Assembly: GCA_016929055.1 (NCBI GenBank)
Contig: JAFGJN010000041.1
Span: 10,731 to 74,730 of the forward strand
Direction: 5' to 3'
Length of the DNA: 64,000 nucleotides
Origin: Candidatus Zhuqueibacterota bacterium
Lineage (GTDB): Bacteria; Zhuqueibacterota; Zhuqueibacteria; Residuimicrobiales; Oceaniaggregativiventaceae
In this document: positions 10,004-19,807 of the stretch, piece by piece
Layout: each line of letters begins with the position of its first letter
How positions within the stretch are numbered: the first letter of the stretch is position 1
Translations under genes and position numbers: made by a program
Notes under the pieces: generated by a model
The model's input: the letters and a program-made list of their open reading frames with translations, nothing else
Database searches by the model: none
What the model was told of the DNA's origin: nothing

Positions 10004-11344
10004 ATGAAACAACTCTTGGCCTGGTATTTCAAAATCTCACTGGTTACCCGTATCTTTACTGCTTTTCTGCTCGGCTCTGTTGCGGGTGGTCTGCTATGGG
10101 CTGTGACTGACAGTGCAACTGTACAGAATATTGTCACTTATATTTCGCCGTTTGGAACCGTCCTGATCAATATGCTGAAAATGATCGTCATCCCGGTCAT
10201 TTTTTTCTCTCTCATCGTCGGTGCGTCTAGCCTGCCACTGAAACGATTTGGCAAAATCGGTGTCAAGGTCATTTCCTGGTATTTGCTTTGTTCGGTTCTT
10301 GCGGCCATCGTCGGAGTTGTGCTCGCTCTGGCCTTTAATCCGGGCGGAGGTGCAGATTTGAAAGGATGGGAAAATTTAGCTGTTGCAGTGGGAGACCAGA
10401 GCACCGAAATCGTTGATAGCGCAGCCGGACAAAAGGGATTGATCGCTCTCCTTGTGAATATGTTTCAGAATCCATTTCAGGCTTTGGCAAACGGCAATTT
10501 TTTATCGATCATCGTTTTTGCCATTCTATTCGGGCTGGCCATGCGTGTCATCATTGAAAATAATCCGGATAGCATGAATGTGCCGATTATCGAACAACTC
10601 ATCGCTCTGATCACCACCGCCCGCGATGTTATGTTCAAACTCGTCGACTGGATCCTGGAATATTCGCCGATCGGCGTTTTTGCACTTTCAATTGTCAATT
10701 TTGGATTGTATGGTCCCAACATCGTCGGCCCCTATATCAAAGTAACCCTCGGCATTATCGTCGGAATTTTATTTATGGTCTTTATTGTCTATGCCATTTT
10801 GCTACTCCTGGTTACTCGACGTTCCCCGTACCTGGTCTTCCGTGCGATTCAGGAGGCCATGATCACCGCTTTTATCACACGCAGCAGTGCAGCCACCCTG
10901 CCCGTTTCCATGCGCGTCGCCAGCGAAGAGCTCAGAATCCGCAATGAACTCGTTAGCTTTTCCCTGCCCCTCGGTGCCACGATCAATATGGATGGAGTTT
11001 GTGTCCATCTTCCCATGTTTGCAGTACTGGCTGCCAATATGTTCGGTATAGAGTTGAGCGCAGCTTCCCTAATAGCTTTGACCCTCACCACTGTCCTCGC
11101 ATCCATCGGTGCAGGCGGCGTTCCCGGCGGAAGCTTGATGCTTTTGTTTATTATTCTTGAAGGAATGGGACTCAACGGTATTCAGGTGGCGGTTATCGTT
11201 GCCCTGGCGCTGGGTATTAACCCGATACTGGACATGTTCGAAACGGCGAACAATGTGACCGGTGATCTGGTTTGCACTTATGCGGTTGCCAAAACCGAAA
11301 ACATGATCGATGAAGAAAGTATGTCGGAAGAGGCGATTAAATAG
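10004..11344 (+). CDS. Dicarboxylate/amino acid:cation symporter (DAACS family, GltP-like)
   Basis: Multi-TM protein with the SDF-family segments RSSAATLPVSMRVASEEL and SLPLGATINMDGVCVH. The upstream in-frame extension to 9932 lacks an RBS and overlaps a strong hairpin. Confidence 0.8.
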   Translation: MKQLLAWYFKISLVTRIFTAFLLGSVAGGLLWAVTDSATVQNIVTYISPFGTVLINMLKMIVIPVIFFSLIVGASSLPLKRFGKIGVKVISWYLLCSVLAAIVGVVLALAFNPGGGADLKGWENLAVAVGDQSTEIVDSAAGQKGLIALLVNMFQNPFQALANGNFLSIIVFAILFGLAMRVIIENNPDSMNVPIIEQLIALITTARDVMFKLVDWILEYSPIGVFALSIVNFGLYGPNIVGPYIKVTLGIIVGILFMVFIVYAILLLLVTRRSPYLVFRAIQEAMITAFITRSSAATLPVSMRVASEELRIRNELVSFSLPLGATINMDGVCVHLPMFAVLAANMFGIELSAASLIALTLTTVLASIGAGGVPGGSLMLLFIILEGMGLNGIQVAVIVALALGINPILDMFETANNVTGDLVCTYAVAKTENMIDEESMSEEAIK

Positions 11345-11358
11345 GAGTATGGACAGTC

Positions 11359-11724
11359 ATGCAATTCGACTTGAATGATCGGATAAAAAGCTTTGCCTAT
11401 GCCGGCCGGGGCGTTTATCAGATGCTTCGCACACAACAAAACGCCTGGATTCACGCGCTGGCAACGGTTCTTGTTTTATTGCTCAGCGCCTGGATCGGTC
11501 TGACTGCGGGCGAGTGGTGTCTGATTATCCTGACAATCGCCCTGGTCTGGATGGCCGAGGCTTTCAACACAGCTTTAGAGATTCTGGCCGATGTCACCAG
11601 TCCGCACTTTAACCCACTCGTCGGTAAAGCCAAGGATGTGGCCGCTGGCGCTGTTATGATTTCGTCGATCGGAGCGGTAGTGATTGCTACAGTCATTTTT
11701 TTGCCCTATCTTATCGATCGATAA
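11359..11724 (+). CDS. dgkA: Diacylglycerol kinase / undecaprenol kinase family protein (DgkA-like)
   Basis: 121 aa with three TM segments and conserved DgkA-family segments (RIHALATVLV...EAFNTALE...DVAAGAVMISSIGAVVIA). Confidence 0.75.
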   Translation: MQFDLNDRIKSFAYAGRGVYQMLRTQQNAWIHALATVLVLLLSAWIGLTAGEWCLIILTIALVWMAEAFNTALEILADVTSPHFNPLVGKAKDVAAGAVMISSIGAVVIATVIFLPYLIDR

Positions 11725-11748
11725 GGCAGGACATCGATAAAGTCAGGG

Positions 11749-12888
11749 TTAAATGCGGACTTGCAGGGTGCGCATGATTTGTATGACTGTTTCTTCGACA
11801 TACTGCTCACCGTTGCGAATGGCTGCCTCGACCGATACCGGGCCGGGACAAATCGAAAACGCAGCGGTCAGACCCTGGTCGTGGAGCGAATCCGTTTGTG
11901 CGCCCCGCGTTCCGGTAACTGCAATTACGGGAATTCGATGTTTAGCAGCTTTTTCAATCAAAGCGCTGATCGTTTTTCCAAACTCGGTCTGTTCGTCGAT
12001 CTTTCCTTCTCCGGTCAGAATCAGTTGAGCTCCCTGTATCTTTTCGTCGAATTGGCAGGCGTCCAATACCAATCTGGCGCCGGATTGCAGTTTGGCATGT
12101 GTAAAGGCCATTAAACCGGCTCCCAATCCTCCGGCAGCCCCTGCACCGGGTATCGCTTGAATGGATTTATCCACCGCTGCTTCGATTAATTTGATGATCG
12201 CTTGCATATTGCGTTCAAGGATGTCCAATTGCACATCGCTGGCGCCTTTTTGTTTGGAATAAGTCATGACCGCCCCGGTTGGACCGAGCAAAGGATTGTC
12301 GACATCGCAAGCAGCGATGATTTCCGTTTCCACGATCTTGGGGTTCAAATTCGATAAATCGAGGTGGCGCACCAAACCCATCAGACCACCGGTCATGTAT
12401 TCGCGAAGTTCTTTGTGTTGTTTCTGATAAAACTTGACTCCCAAAGCCTGTGCCATTCCTGTGCCGCAATCTGTCGTGGCCGAGCCGCCAATGCCGACAA
12501 TCAAACGTCGACAACCGCGTTTCATGGCGTCAGCCATCAATTGGCCGGTACCATACGTGGTCGTATCCAGTGGATTTCTGCGGTTTTGAGGAACCAAAGG
12601 CAGACCGGAAGCTGAGGCCATCTCGATAACCGCTGTTTTCTGATCGCCCAAAATTCCATACGTTGCTTCCACAGGCTCACCAAGCGGTCCAATGACCGTC
12701 ATCCTTATCAACCTTCCCTGGGTTGAAGAAACCAAAACTTTTACTGTCCCTTCTCCCCCATCGGCCACCGGAAGTTTGACGATTCGGGCATGGGGGAACA
12801 CTTTGACAATACCGCGACTCATAGCCTCGACAACTTGCAGTGCGCTCATGCTGTGTTTAAAGGAATCAGGCGCAAGGACGATTTTCAT
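11749..12888 (-). CDS. Glycerate kinase
   Basis: 379 aa. N-terminus MKIVLAPDSFKHSMSALQV and the internal segments GIGGSATTDCGTGMAQALG and GAGAAGGLGAGLMAF are characteristic of GlxK/GarK glycerate kinases. Confidence 0.85.
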   Translation of the reverse strand: MKIVLAPDSFKHSMSALQVVEAMSRGIVKVFPHARIVKLPVADGGEGTVKVLVSSTQGRLIRMTVIGPLGEPVEATYGILGDQKTAVIEMASASGLPLVPQNRRNPLDTTTYGTGQLMADAMKRGCRRLIVGIGGSATTDCGTGMAQALGVKFYQKQHKELREYMTGGLMGLVRHLDLSNLNPKIVETEIIAACDVDNPLLGPTGAVMTYSKQKGASDVQLDILERNMQAIIKLIEAAVDKSIQAIPGAGAAGGLGAGLMAFTHAKLQSGARLVLDACQFDEKIQGAQLILTGEGKIDEQTEFGKTISALIEKAAKHRIPVIAVTGTRGAQTDSLHDQGLTAAFSICPGPVSVEAAIRNGEQYVEETVIQIMRTLQVRI

Positions 12889-13143
12889 AGTTTTTTCCTC
12901 GTTTGTCGGGTTCTATCAGAAAAACCTCAAAGATAAGAAAAATTCGATTCCGATCATTGACTATAACCCGTGATAGCGCATCCTTTGATCGGTTTTGACC
13001 GGGAATGGTCAGAATTAGATCTTTGTGGTAAAAAGAATTTTGCCGACAATTCTTGGTAATTTATGATTATCAACAATACACTTTAAATAATAAGTATTTT
13101 ATGCGTATTTTTCAAACAAAATTTAATTCGGCTTGGGACTGGT

Positions 13144-14436
13144 TTATTGTTTTTGAATCGTGAGGCCTACAGCCCGCGTGGTTGTTTTATCTTTATCGCG
13201 GTCGTAGTGTTGTTCCAGGTAAAAGGTTACCGGTGTTCCGATGTGAAGCGACGTGGGGCTGAGGGCATCTCGGCAGGAAAAGACAAAACAGCGTCCATCC
13301 GATCGGGATACCAATCCACCCGATCGGTTGGGATGCAAGGATTGAATAGAGCCGTCATAACAGGGTTTATCGGTAAAACGAATTTTACGCCAAAGTGGTT
13401 TGAGGCGTTCAACTGCGAGTTCGGGAGTGGGCAATCGATCGAGCTCGATATGAAAACGCTGAATCCATCCAGTTAATTCTCCACGCAAACGCCAGCGCAT
13501 GGTTCGAGCGACTGCCAATACCAGGCGAGCATGATCGCCTGCAGCGGCTGTTTGTCCGGTTTTCTCCAACAATTGGACCAGCAACTTGTAGACGTTGATT
13601 TTGCTCTTGATTTCATCGCCATTCAAGGCCGCGCGGGCAGCGTATTCCAGCGCTGATCTCACGTCTCCCATTTCCTGGTAGACAGCAGCGATTTCTTTTT
13701 CGATGTACCATTCAGGTCTAAGGACGACCAGCTCCAACAACAGCTGCAGCGCGTCTTGAAATTCTCCCAGAGCAAAGAGAGACAAGGCGATTTTGCGTTT
13801 GAACCAGAGGGCATCATCGCCGCGAAGTGGATTGAGGCACGTCAGTGCTTCCTGGCACAGTTCCAGGCATTCCCTAGATTGGTTGTTTTTCAGCAGCGCT
13901 TCGGATCGCAAGCGGTAATAGCGTTCTTTGGGCGTTGGAGCTTTGCTCTGCACCTGACCAGCTGTATGCCGGAGCAGTGCTGGATTCAGGTAGGAGGTCC
14001 ACTCGAGAACTGCCTGGACAGAAAAGGGTTCTGAAAAAAGATCGAGGACGCGCAAAACCGTATCTGTATAGGGAGAGCGCTTGTCCTGTTGAGAAGACAA
14101 TCGAACAATTGCTCGAGCGGCTTTGAGAAAGTGCTGCCGATCTTGAGCCAGTTCGTGACGAATTTCGGCCCGATAAATAATCCATGCATAGAGATTGCGG
14201 ATCGATACGTTTTGGGGAGCCATTCTGTAAGCGATGCGACAAATCTGCAGCGCAGGCTGAAACTGTTTGAGGCGGTACAACGTATAGGCATAGGCAAAGG
14301 CCAAATCGGGCTTCCTAACCGGCGGATCAACTTTCCAAAAATTCGATAATTGATCAGCGGCTGTTTGGAACCGGTTTTGTTTCCACAATTGCCTGACCGA
14401 TTCGAGCAGACGTTTTGTTTCCGTTATGCGATTCAT
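13144..14436 (-). CDS. TPR-like repeat protein with C-terminal cold-shock-domain-like OB fold
   Basis: About 360 aa of helical repeat (TPR-like) sequence. The last about 70 aa (GSIQSLHPNRSGGLVSRSDGRCFVFSCRDALSPTSLHIGTPVTFYLEQ...RAVGLTI) follow the CspA topology pattern (GxVkwfn..kGFGFI..dg..dvFvHfsai....l.eGq.V.F........A..v). The ATG at 14436 is preferred because it follows GGGGAGG, whereas the upstream ATG at 14457 has no RBS. Confidence 0.5.
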   Translation of the reverse strand: MNRITETKRLLESVRQLWKQNRFQTAADQLSNFWKVDPPVRKPDLAFAYAYTLYRLKQFQPALQICRIAYRMAPQNVSIRNLYAWIIYRAEIRHELAQDRQHFLKAARAIVRLSSQQDKRSPYTDTVLRVLDLFSEPFSVQAVLEWTSYLNPALLRHTAGQVQSKAPTPKERYYRLRSEALLKNNQSRECLELCQEALTCLNPLRGDDALWFKRKIALSLFALGEFQDALQLLLELVVLRPEWYIEKEIAAVYQEMGDVRSALEYAARAALNGDEIKSKINVYKLLVQLLEKTGQTAAAGDHARLVLAVARTMRWRLRGELTGWIQRFHIELDRLPTPELAVERLKPLWRKIRFTDKPCYDGSIQSLHPNRSGGLVSRSDGRCFVFSCRDALSPTSLHIGTPVTFYLEQHYDRDKDKTTTRAVGLTIQKQ

Positions 14437-14562
14437 GCGCCTCCCCTGTTCCGACAAGATAGCAAATTTTTGCTTTCAATAAAATGGTTAATTTCGGATA
14501 TTACACTCAGACAGTTTACAAACATACTTACTCTATTGATATCGAAAACAAAGGAATCGCAC

Positions 14563-16416
14563 ATGACTGCAAACCCAAGCGACGCAACAACGAATCATCG
14601 TAAAAATGCCGGATGCGGATTGATTCTGGCTTTGATCGTTCTGGTCGCGATCGGTGTTGTTATAACCCTTATCGGTGCAGTGGCCTTTTTTGGTGCTTTT
14701 AACCGTGAAAAGGCCAAGGTTGAGCCGAAAACCGCTTTGCGGCTGCAGATTTCTGGTCCGCTCAACGAGTTAGCCACGACCGATCCATCTTCCCTGCTCT
14801 TTCAAGGTCAACCCGGTGTTTCCTATTTTGATGTCTTGGCCGCGATTCGTCGAGCCAAAACCGATGATCGGATTTCAGGCATCTATCTAAATTCCGGAGA
14901 TTTGCGCTGTGGTTTCGCCAAGGCGATCGAGATACGCGAAACACTGTTGGATTTTAAATCATCGGGTAAATTCATCCATGCCTATATCGAATTCGGAGAT
15001 GAACTGGATTACTTGATTGCGAGCACAGCCGACACTCTTTCGATGGCGCCGGAAGGCTTGATCGACTTGAACGGTTTTGCCGTCTCTACTCTTTTCTGGC
15101 GGGGTGCGCTGGATAAAATTGGAGTTGATATTTTTGTCGATCAGCATGAAGACTATAAATCGGCTGCTGAAACAATTTCACGAACGGATTTCAGCAGGCC
15201 GGCGCGCGAGAGTATTCGAGAGCTTTTGTTGCAGCGCTACACGTTCTTGATCGATGCCATCGCCAATAGTCGAAACAGGCCTGCCGTTGAGGTAAAAATC
15301 GCACTCGAGGAGGGCATCTATACCTCACAAGGAATGTTGGAACACGGTTTGATCGACCGGATCGAATCGAAACAATCGGTTTTAAATCGCATCGCAGCAC
15401 AGGTCGATTTGGAAAAACCCCGTCTCGTCAACGTGGGGGTCTATCTGAACAGCCGATCCGGCATGAAAGGCGAAACCGTCAACCGCGATCATGAAATTGC
15501 GTTGGTAATCGGTTCGGGAACCATCATATCCGGTGATTCAGGCGATCTGGAGCCCTTTTCAACCGGCATGCTTTCCTCCGGAAGCCTGATCCGCTCCCTT
15601 CGCCAAGCCCGTGATAATGATCGGGTCAGCGCCATCATCTTGCGGATCGACAGTCCTGGAGGTTCGGTGCTGGCTTCGGACGAAATCTGGCAGGAATTAG
15701 TGGAAATTCGCAAAGACAAACCTATCTTTGCTTCCATGAGCGATTTGGCTGCATCGGGCGGCTATTATATTGCGTTGGCTTGCGACACGCTGATCGCCCA
15801 CCCCGCCACACTCACCGGTTCGATCGGCGTGATTTCAGTTATTCCAAATTTTAGCAAATTGATTTCCAAAATGGGAATCAGCGCCGACACAATCAAGACC
15901 TCTCCTTCTTCCGATTTTCTTGATCCTTTTCTACCCTTTACTGAATCAGATAAAAGCAAATTTTCGTCAATCGGCCGCAAGACCTATCTCAACTTTGTCG
16001 ACAAAGTGGCTGACGCACGGGAACTGCCGTTCGATCGCGCCCGCGAGCTTGCGAAAGGCCGAGTCTGGTCCGGAGCCGATGCCTATAGCAAAGGATTGGT
16101 TGACACCCTGGGTGGATTATGGACAGCTATCGAAATGACCAAGGACTATCTCGGTATTCCACCGGAGGAAAAGGTTCGAATCCGGTTCTATCCCGAGCCT
16201 GAAAGCGCCTTTACAATGCTTATGAAACTATTGACATTGAACATGCAAAACCCAGTGATGCAAAACTCTAGCTTGAGCGATCCTGTGCGCCAGATCTGGG
16301 CATTTCTAACAGAGGCGGAGAGGCGACAATTCGCCTATTTGCTGCAACTGGTGCACCTGTCGAGATCCGAAAGATTGTTGTGGGCCCTTCCAGAATCCCT
16401 GTCTTTTGATTGGTGA
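14563..16416 (+). CDS. sppA: Signal peptide peptidase SppA, 67K type (protease IV)
   Basis: N-terminal TM anchor followed by two ClpP/crotonase-like halves. The second half has GSIGVISV/ASGGYYIALACD serine-protease motifs typical of SppA. The ATG at 14563 fits the TM-anchor start, and the ORF-track extension to 14350 overlaps the divergent gene. Confidence 0.85.
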   Translation: MTANPSDATTNHRKNAGCGLILALIVLVAIGVVITLIGAVAFFGAFNREKAKVEPKTALRLQISGPLNELATTDPSSLLFQGQPGVSYFDVLAAIRRAKTDDRISGIYLNSGDLRCGFAKAIEIRETLLDFKSSGKFIHAYIEFGDELDYLIASTADTLSMAPEGLIDLNGFAVSTLFWRGALDKIGVDIFVDQHEDYKSAAETISRTDFSRPARESIRELLLQRYTFLIDAIANSRNRPAVEVKIALEEGIYTSQGMLEHGLIDRIESKQSVLNRIAAQVDLEKPRLVNVGVYLNSRSGMKGETVNRDHEIALVIGSGTIISGDSGDLEPFSTGMLSSGSLIRSLRQARDNDRVSAIILRIDSPGGSVLASDEIWQELVEIRKDKPIFASMSDLAASGGYYIALACDTLIAHPATLTGSIGVISVIPNFSKLISKMGISADTIKTSPSSDFLDPFLPFTESDKSKFSSIGRKTYLNFVDKVADARELPFDRARELAKGRVWSGADAYSKGLVDTLGGLWTAIEMTKDYLGIPPEEKVRIRFYPEPESAFTMLMKLLTLNMQNPVMQNSSLSDPVRQIWAFLTEAERRQFAYLLQLVHLSRSERLLWALPESLSFDW

Positions 16417-16532
16417 ATTGCTGCGTAATCCTCCAAAAGGACACCACTGGAATAACCGATAGGATTAAAACGAGTTTTGTACTGAAGAGCAGATACCCGG
16501 TTTGGGTGCTTTGCACCGAATCCGGGTGATAT

Positions 16533-16569
16533 AAAAAAATGGATGGCCTGTTCAAGGCCATCCATTTAT
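16533..16569. terminator. Rho-independent terminator shared by convergent genes (strongest on minus strand)
   Basis: AAAAAAA-ATGGATGGCCT-GTTCA-AGGCCATCCAT-TTAT: a perfect 11-bp stem. Read on the minus strand, the hairpin is followed by TTTTTTT, 18 nt after the 16587 gene stop. It sits about 120 nt past the sppA stop on the plus strand. Confidence 0.7.
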
Positions 16570-16586
16570 CTGGAATAAACAAATCG

Positions 16587-17618
16587 TCAGAAGGCCAGGC
16601 CGAAACTAAAAACGTGCACGCCGTTGAACAGGCCATAGTCCTGATAGGCGTAATCAAAACCGACCAACTGTCCCTGAAACGTTTTCCTCACCCCCACTCC
16701 GGCAGTCAAACCGCGTTCGTCGAAATTTCCCATATATCCCATGCGCACGGTCAAAAGCTCGAGATAGGTGTATTGACAACCAAACTGAATTTTTTCTTTA
16801 AAATCACGCGGATGCCGGGTTTCAAAGCCCAGAAGGAGCCGGTGCTCTTGCCCCAGAGGGTGAAAAAATGAAAAAGGATCGACGGTCAGGCTGAAAGAAA
16901 CGGCAAACGGAAGAGGAAATTTTTCATCCTCATAACGAATTTCGCGGCTAATATTTTGTATCGCCGCTCCGAAACGAAGACCATGGGCAAGGAAATCATA
17001 GACCGTACCTACATCGATCGCTGGTTCCCCCAGGGCATAATTTTTCTCCTCCATACGCAATTCGGGATCATCGACATCGCTGCCTGAAGTGGCGATCCAT
17101 GCCGAACCGAGATCCTGGTGAGCGTATTTAACCCGAATACCGTAAGAGAATCGATCGCTGACTTTTTGACTAAAAGTCAGACCGAGCGCATAGGCCTGGG
17201 GAGTAAATGTGCCCGTCTCTTCAAAACCGACTTCATTGTTGGCTCTTCGCGTTCCATAAAACTCACCATAATCCATCATCAGCAAGTCTGCGGCGATCAC
17301 ACCGAGCTTTCCGACCTTGGCAGCGAGAGCGGCAGAGTTTGTCTGAATATCTGCTATCCCGTTGGTGTGGTTGAGACGGAGGTCGAAGCGGGACTCGATC
17401 CAGCTCACGCCAGCCGGGTTCCAGAAAACGGCATTGGCATTTTGCAACAAAGAGACACCCATGCCGCCTCGACCAATCGCTTCGGCAGAAATTGGATTTT
17501 CCAAAAATCGAAACCCCACCTGACCTTTTTTAACAATATCGCCCTGGAGCGGCGCTGTGAACAAAGCACAAAACGCCAAAATTAAAAACGATAGACGCAT
17601 TTGACGATTTATCGGCAT
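16587..17618 (-). CDS. PorV/FadL-like outer-membrane beta-barrel protein (paralog of 7541-8566)
   Basis: Signal peptide, then GQVGFRFLENPISAEAIGRGGMGVSLLQNANAVFWNPAGVS, and C-terminal ...ERGLTAGVGV...FDYAY...FSFGLAF. The domain order and motifs are collinear with the protein at 7541-8566. Confidence 0.55.
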   Translation of the reverse strand: MPINRQMRLSFLILAFCALFTAPLQGDIVKKGQVGFRFLENPISAEAIGRGGMGVSLLQNANAVFWNPAGVSWIESRFDLRLNHTNGIADIQTNSAALAAKVGKLGVIAADLLMMDYGEFYGTRRANNEVGFEETGTFTPQAYALGLTFSQKVSDRFSYGIRVKYAHQDLGSAWIATSGSDVDDPELRMEEKNYALGEPAIDVGTVYDFLAHGLRFGAAIQNISREIRYEDEKFPLPFAVSFSLTVDPFSFFHPLGQEHRLLLGFETRHPRDFKEKIQFGCQYTYLELLTVRMGYMGNFDERGLTAGVGVRKTFQGQLVGFDYAYQDYGLFNGVHVFSFGLAF

Positions 17619-17657
17619 GGTTTTCTCCTCATGCTAAGCGAATGCGGGTCCGCGGAC

Positions 17658-19766
17658 TCAACGCACGACGACAAATTTTACAAATTGATCAGAAAGCGCG
17701 TTGCCGGCCTGATCCACAGCCTCCGAGACAGCAAGAATATAGATGCCGCTAACAATGTATTGGTTGGAATCGGTGCGTTGATCCCAGACTTCCTGGTCGG
17801 TACCAAAATGATCGATCGATGCGATTCGGTCGCCAGTTTCGGTAAAAATTGTGAGCTTGCATTGATAGGGCAAGCGGGTGAACAGAATACGCGATCGGTC
17901 GCCGGGAAAACCGAGCGATCCGGCATTGATGGTTGCCGGATTGGGCACGACACGAACCCGATCGGTTTCATCCAGGCCGGCTTTGAAAGAAATTGCGGGC
18001 AATCCGCTTTTATTGACATAACGCGAGCTTTCAAGAGGCTGGCCGGGAATCAAACCGTCGGTGTTCTGCGAGCCATCGTCTATAGCGGTGACGGCATAAT
18101 AGTAACTTACACCTGGAACGACGTTTTGGTCGATGTATTCCATCTGCTGCCGATCCTGGGTTTCAAAAACTCGTTGCCAGCGGTCACCCGAAGACTGGTC
18201 TTCCGGATCGTTGACAAATGCCGCGCCTTTTTTGCGATAGACGCGCCATAATGCCCAATCATCGACTCCCGTGTCGGGATCTTTATAATAGGTTTCGGAC
18301 GGATAGGACCAGCGAACGCGAATCTGGTCCGCATCGCTGATAATTTCGACGTCCGGTGGCGGAGGCGGGTCGGGTATATTTAAGTCGCGATTAAAAGCCC
18401 AAAAGGCGCGATCCATGGTCTGAAAGAGCGAATCGCGGCCGGTCATGATTTGGGCGTTCTTTTCTGCGTCGCTGATGTCGCCGGCAAACCAGGCTTTGCC
18501 GACGCTGTCGGCTTTTTCCCAGGAGATGGAGCCGACGCCGACGGCATAAACGACAGTGATCGAGTCCTGTCGGTTGCTCTCCCAATCAAGCGTCAGATCG
18601 TAGGGTCCGACGGTGATAAACCGCATCGGACCTTTTTCCGGTGCAGCGGAAAAACCTTCGGTAACGGCATCGAGCGGAAACCGGCCACGAGAATCGAGTC
18701 CGAGATAGGTATCCCGCAGACCGAAATCGCGTCTCCCCCATAAATCTTTGACGATGGATGCATGGGGCATGGAATAAGGCTGGGCAGGATCATCTGCTGG
18801 ATTGACGTGGGATGTTGCGGCGTACAACAGCGAGAATCCGGGAATCTGCGGGGACAACAGGTGTCCTGTTGTTCGGTCCGGGTCTCCGGTATCGTCGATG
18901 CTGCCATTGGGATAGGGCGTGATGCCTTTAAATTTGTCGTCCCAGTAATAAGCGATCTTTAATGTATCGCGTGCAGCAGATGTCACGAGATGTGACGGAC
19001 GGCCGAACCAACTGTCCAGGTCATCCTCGCCTTCATAGGTAAAAGAACCGAAAACGGCGTATTCACCAGACTTGGTTGGTCCCAGGCTGAAGGAAATCGG
19101 CCACCACAACCGAATGGTTTGCGATGGGAAAAAGTCTTCCAGACCGGGATTTTCGATCTCGCGTTTGGTTTCGCCTGTGAATTTGTAGGTCGCTTTCCAG
19201 ATGACATAGTTGTCGTGGTTGGGATTGCTGTAGGCATAGACCTCGATGCGGGTTCGAATACCCCAAAACGGCAGGATATCTTCCCAGCTGGCGATGATAT
19301 CCGCCGGAAGATTGGGATCAATTTGCCAGCGGTATTCGCGAAAGAGGGGTGTTCCGTCAACGGTTACATAAGGCGGACGATAGCGGCGCCGTTCCCAGGA
19401 ATAATCGTTGACCCCGTTGCTGACAAAGGGGGTGGGGATGATTTTCTTTTGACCCAGCTGGTCGATACAACCATTGTCATCCAGGCAAACCGGATTAAAG
19501 ATCTGATAGAGCATCTGCGAATGCCACTCATCCTGAGGATAGTAGAGCAATTCGGTTTTTTCCGCTCCGGAACCGGCCAGCATCCAGCTGTATTGGGTTG
19601 TAAACTGTCCCTCGCCATTCAATTTTTTCATATCCCATTTGATGGCATTGACATCGACAAAGAGAGGCGGTCCGTTCAAATCTTTTTGCGCAGAGACGGG
19701 CGCAACGGTAAAAAGATAAAATAGCGGCAGGCATATAACAAAAACACGGATAATATTTTTTGTCAT
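17658..19766 (-). CDS. Secreted multidomain protein with poly-Pro linker, FN3-like domain and T9SS C-terminal sorting domain (paralog of 5376-7460)
   Basis: Start at 19766 (MTKNIIRVFVICLPLFYLFTVAPVSAQKD signal peptide). It shares with the 5376 protein the YSNPNHDNYVIWKATYKF motif, an IPDPPPPPDV linker, the FN3-like WRVYRKKG...YYYAVTAIDDG and a terminal RVVPNP...LTIFTETGDRIASI...SGIYILAV CTD. Confidence 0.6.
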   Translation of the reverse strand: MTKNIIRVFVICLPLFYLFTVAPVSAQKDLNGPPLFVDVNAIKWDMKKLNGEGQFTTQYSWMLAGSGAEKTELLYYPQDEWHSQMLYQIFNPVCLDDNGCIDQLGQKKIIPTPFVSNGVNDYSWERRRYRPPYVTVDGTPLFREYRWQIDPNLPADIIASWEDILPFWGIRTRIEVYAYSNPNHDNYVIWKATYKFTGETKREIENPGLEDFFPSQTIRLWWPISFSLGPTKSGEYAVFGSFTYEGEDDLDSWFGRPSHLVTSAARDTLKIAYYWDDKFKGITPYPNGSIDDTGDPDRTTGHLLSPQIPGFSLLYAATSHVNPADDPAQPYSMPHASIVKDLWGRRDFGLRDTYLGLDSRGRFPLDAVTEGFSAAPEKGPMRFITVGPYDLTLDWESNRQDSITVVYAVGVGSISWEKADSVGKAWFAGDISDAEKNAQIMTGRDSLFQTMDRAFWAFNRDLNIPDPPPPPDVEIISDADQIRVRWSYPSETYYKDPDTGVDDWALWRVYRKKGAAFVNDPEDQSSGDRWQRVFETQDRQQMEYIDQNVVPGVSYYYAVTAIDDGSQNTDGLIPGQPLESSRYVNKSGLPAISFKAGLDETDRVRVVPNPATINAGSLGFPGDRSRILFTRLPYQCKLTIFTETGDRIASIDHFGTDQEVWDQRTDSNQYIVSGIYILAVSEAVDQAGNALSDQFVKFVVVR

Positions 19767-19807
19767 GGTAAACTCCCAATTCAATTTGCCGTGCAAGCCA
19801 AAGCTCG

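Noticed and set aside
14350-14562. N-terminal extension of the sppA ORF to 14350
   Set aside because: The extension overlaps the divergent TPR gene and lacks an RBS. The ATG at 14563 gives the expected N-terminal TM anchor.
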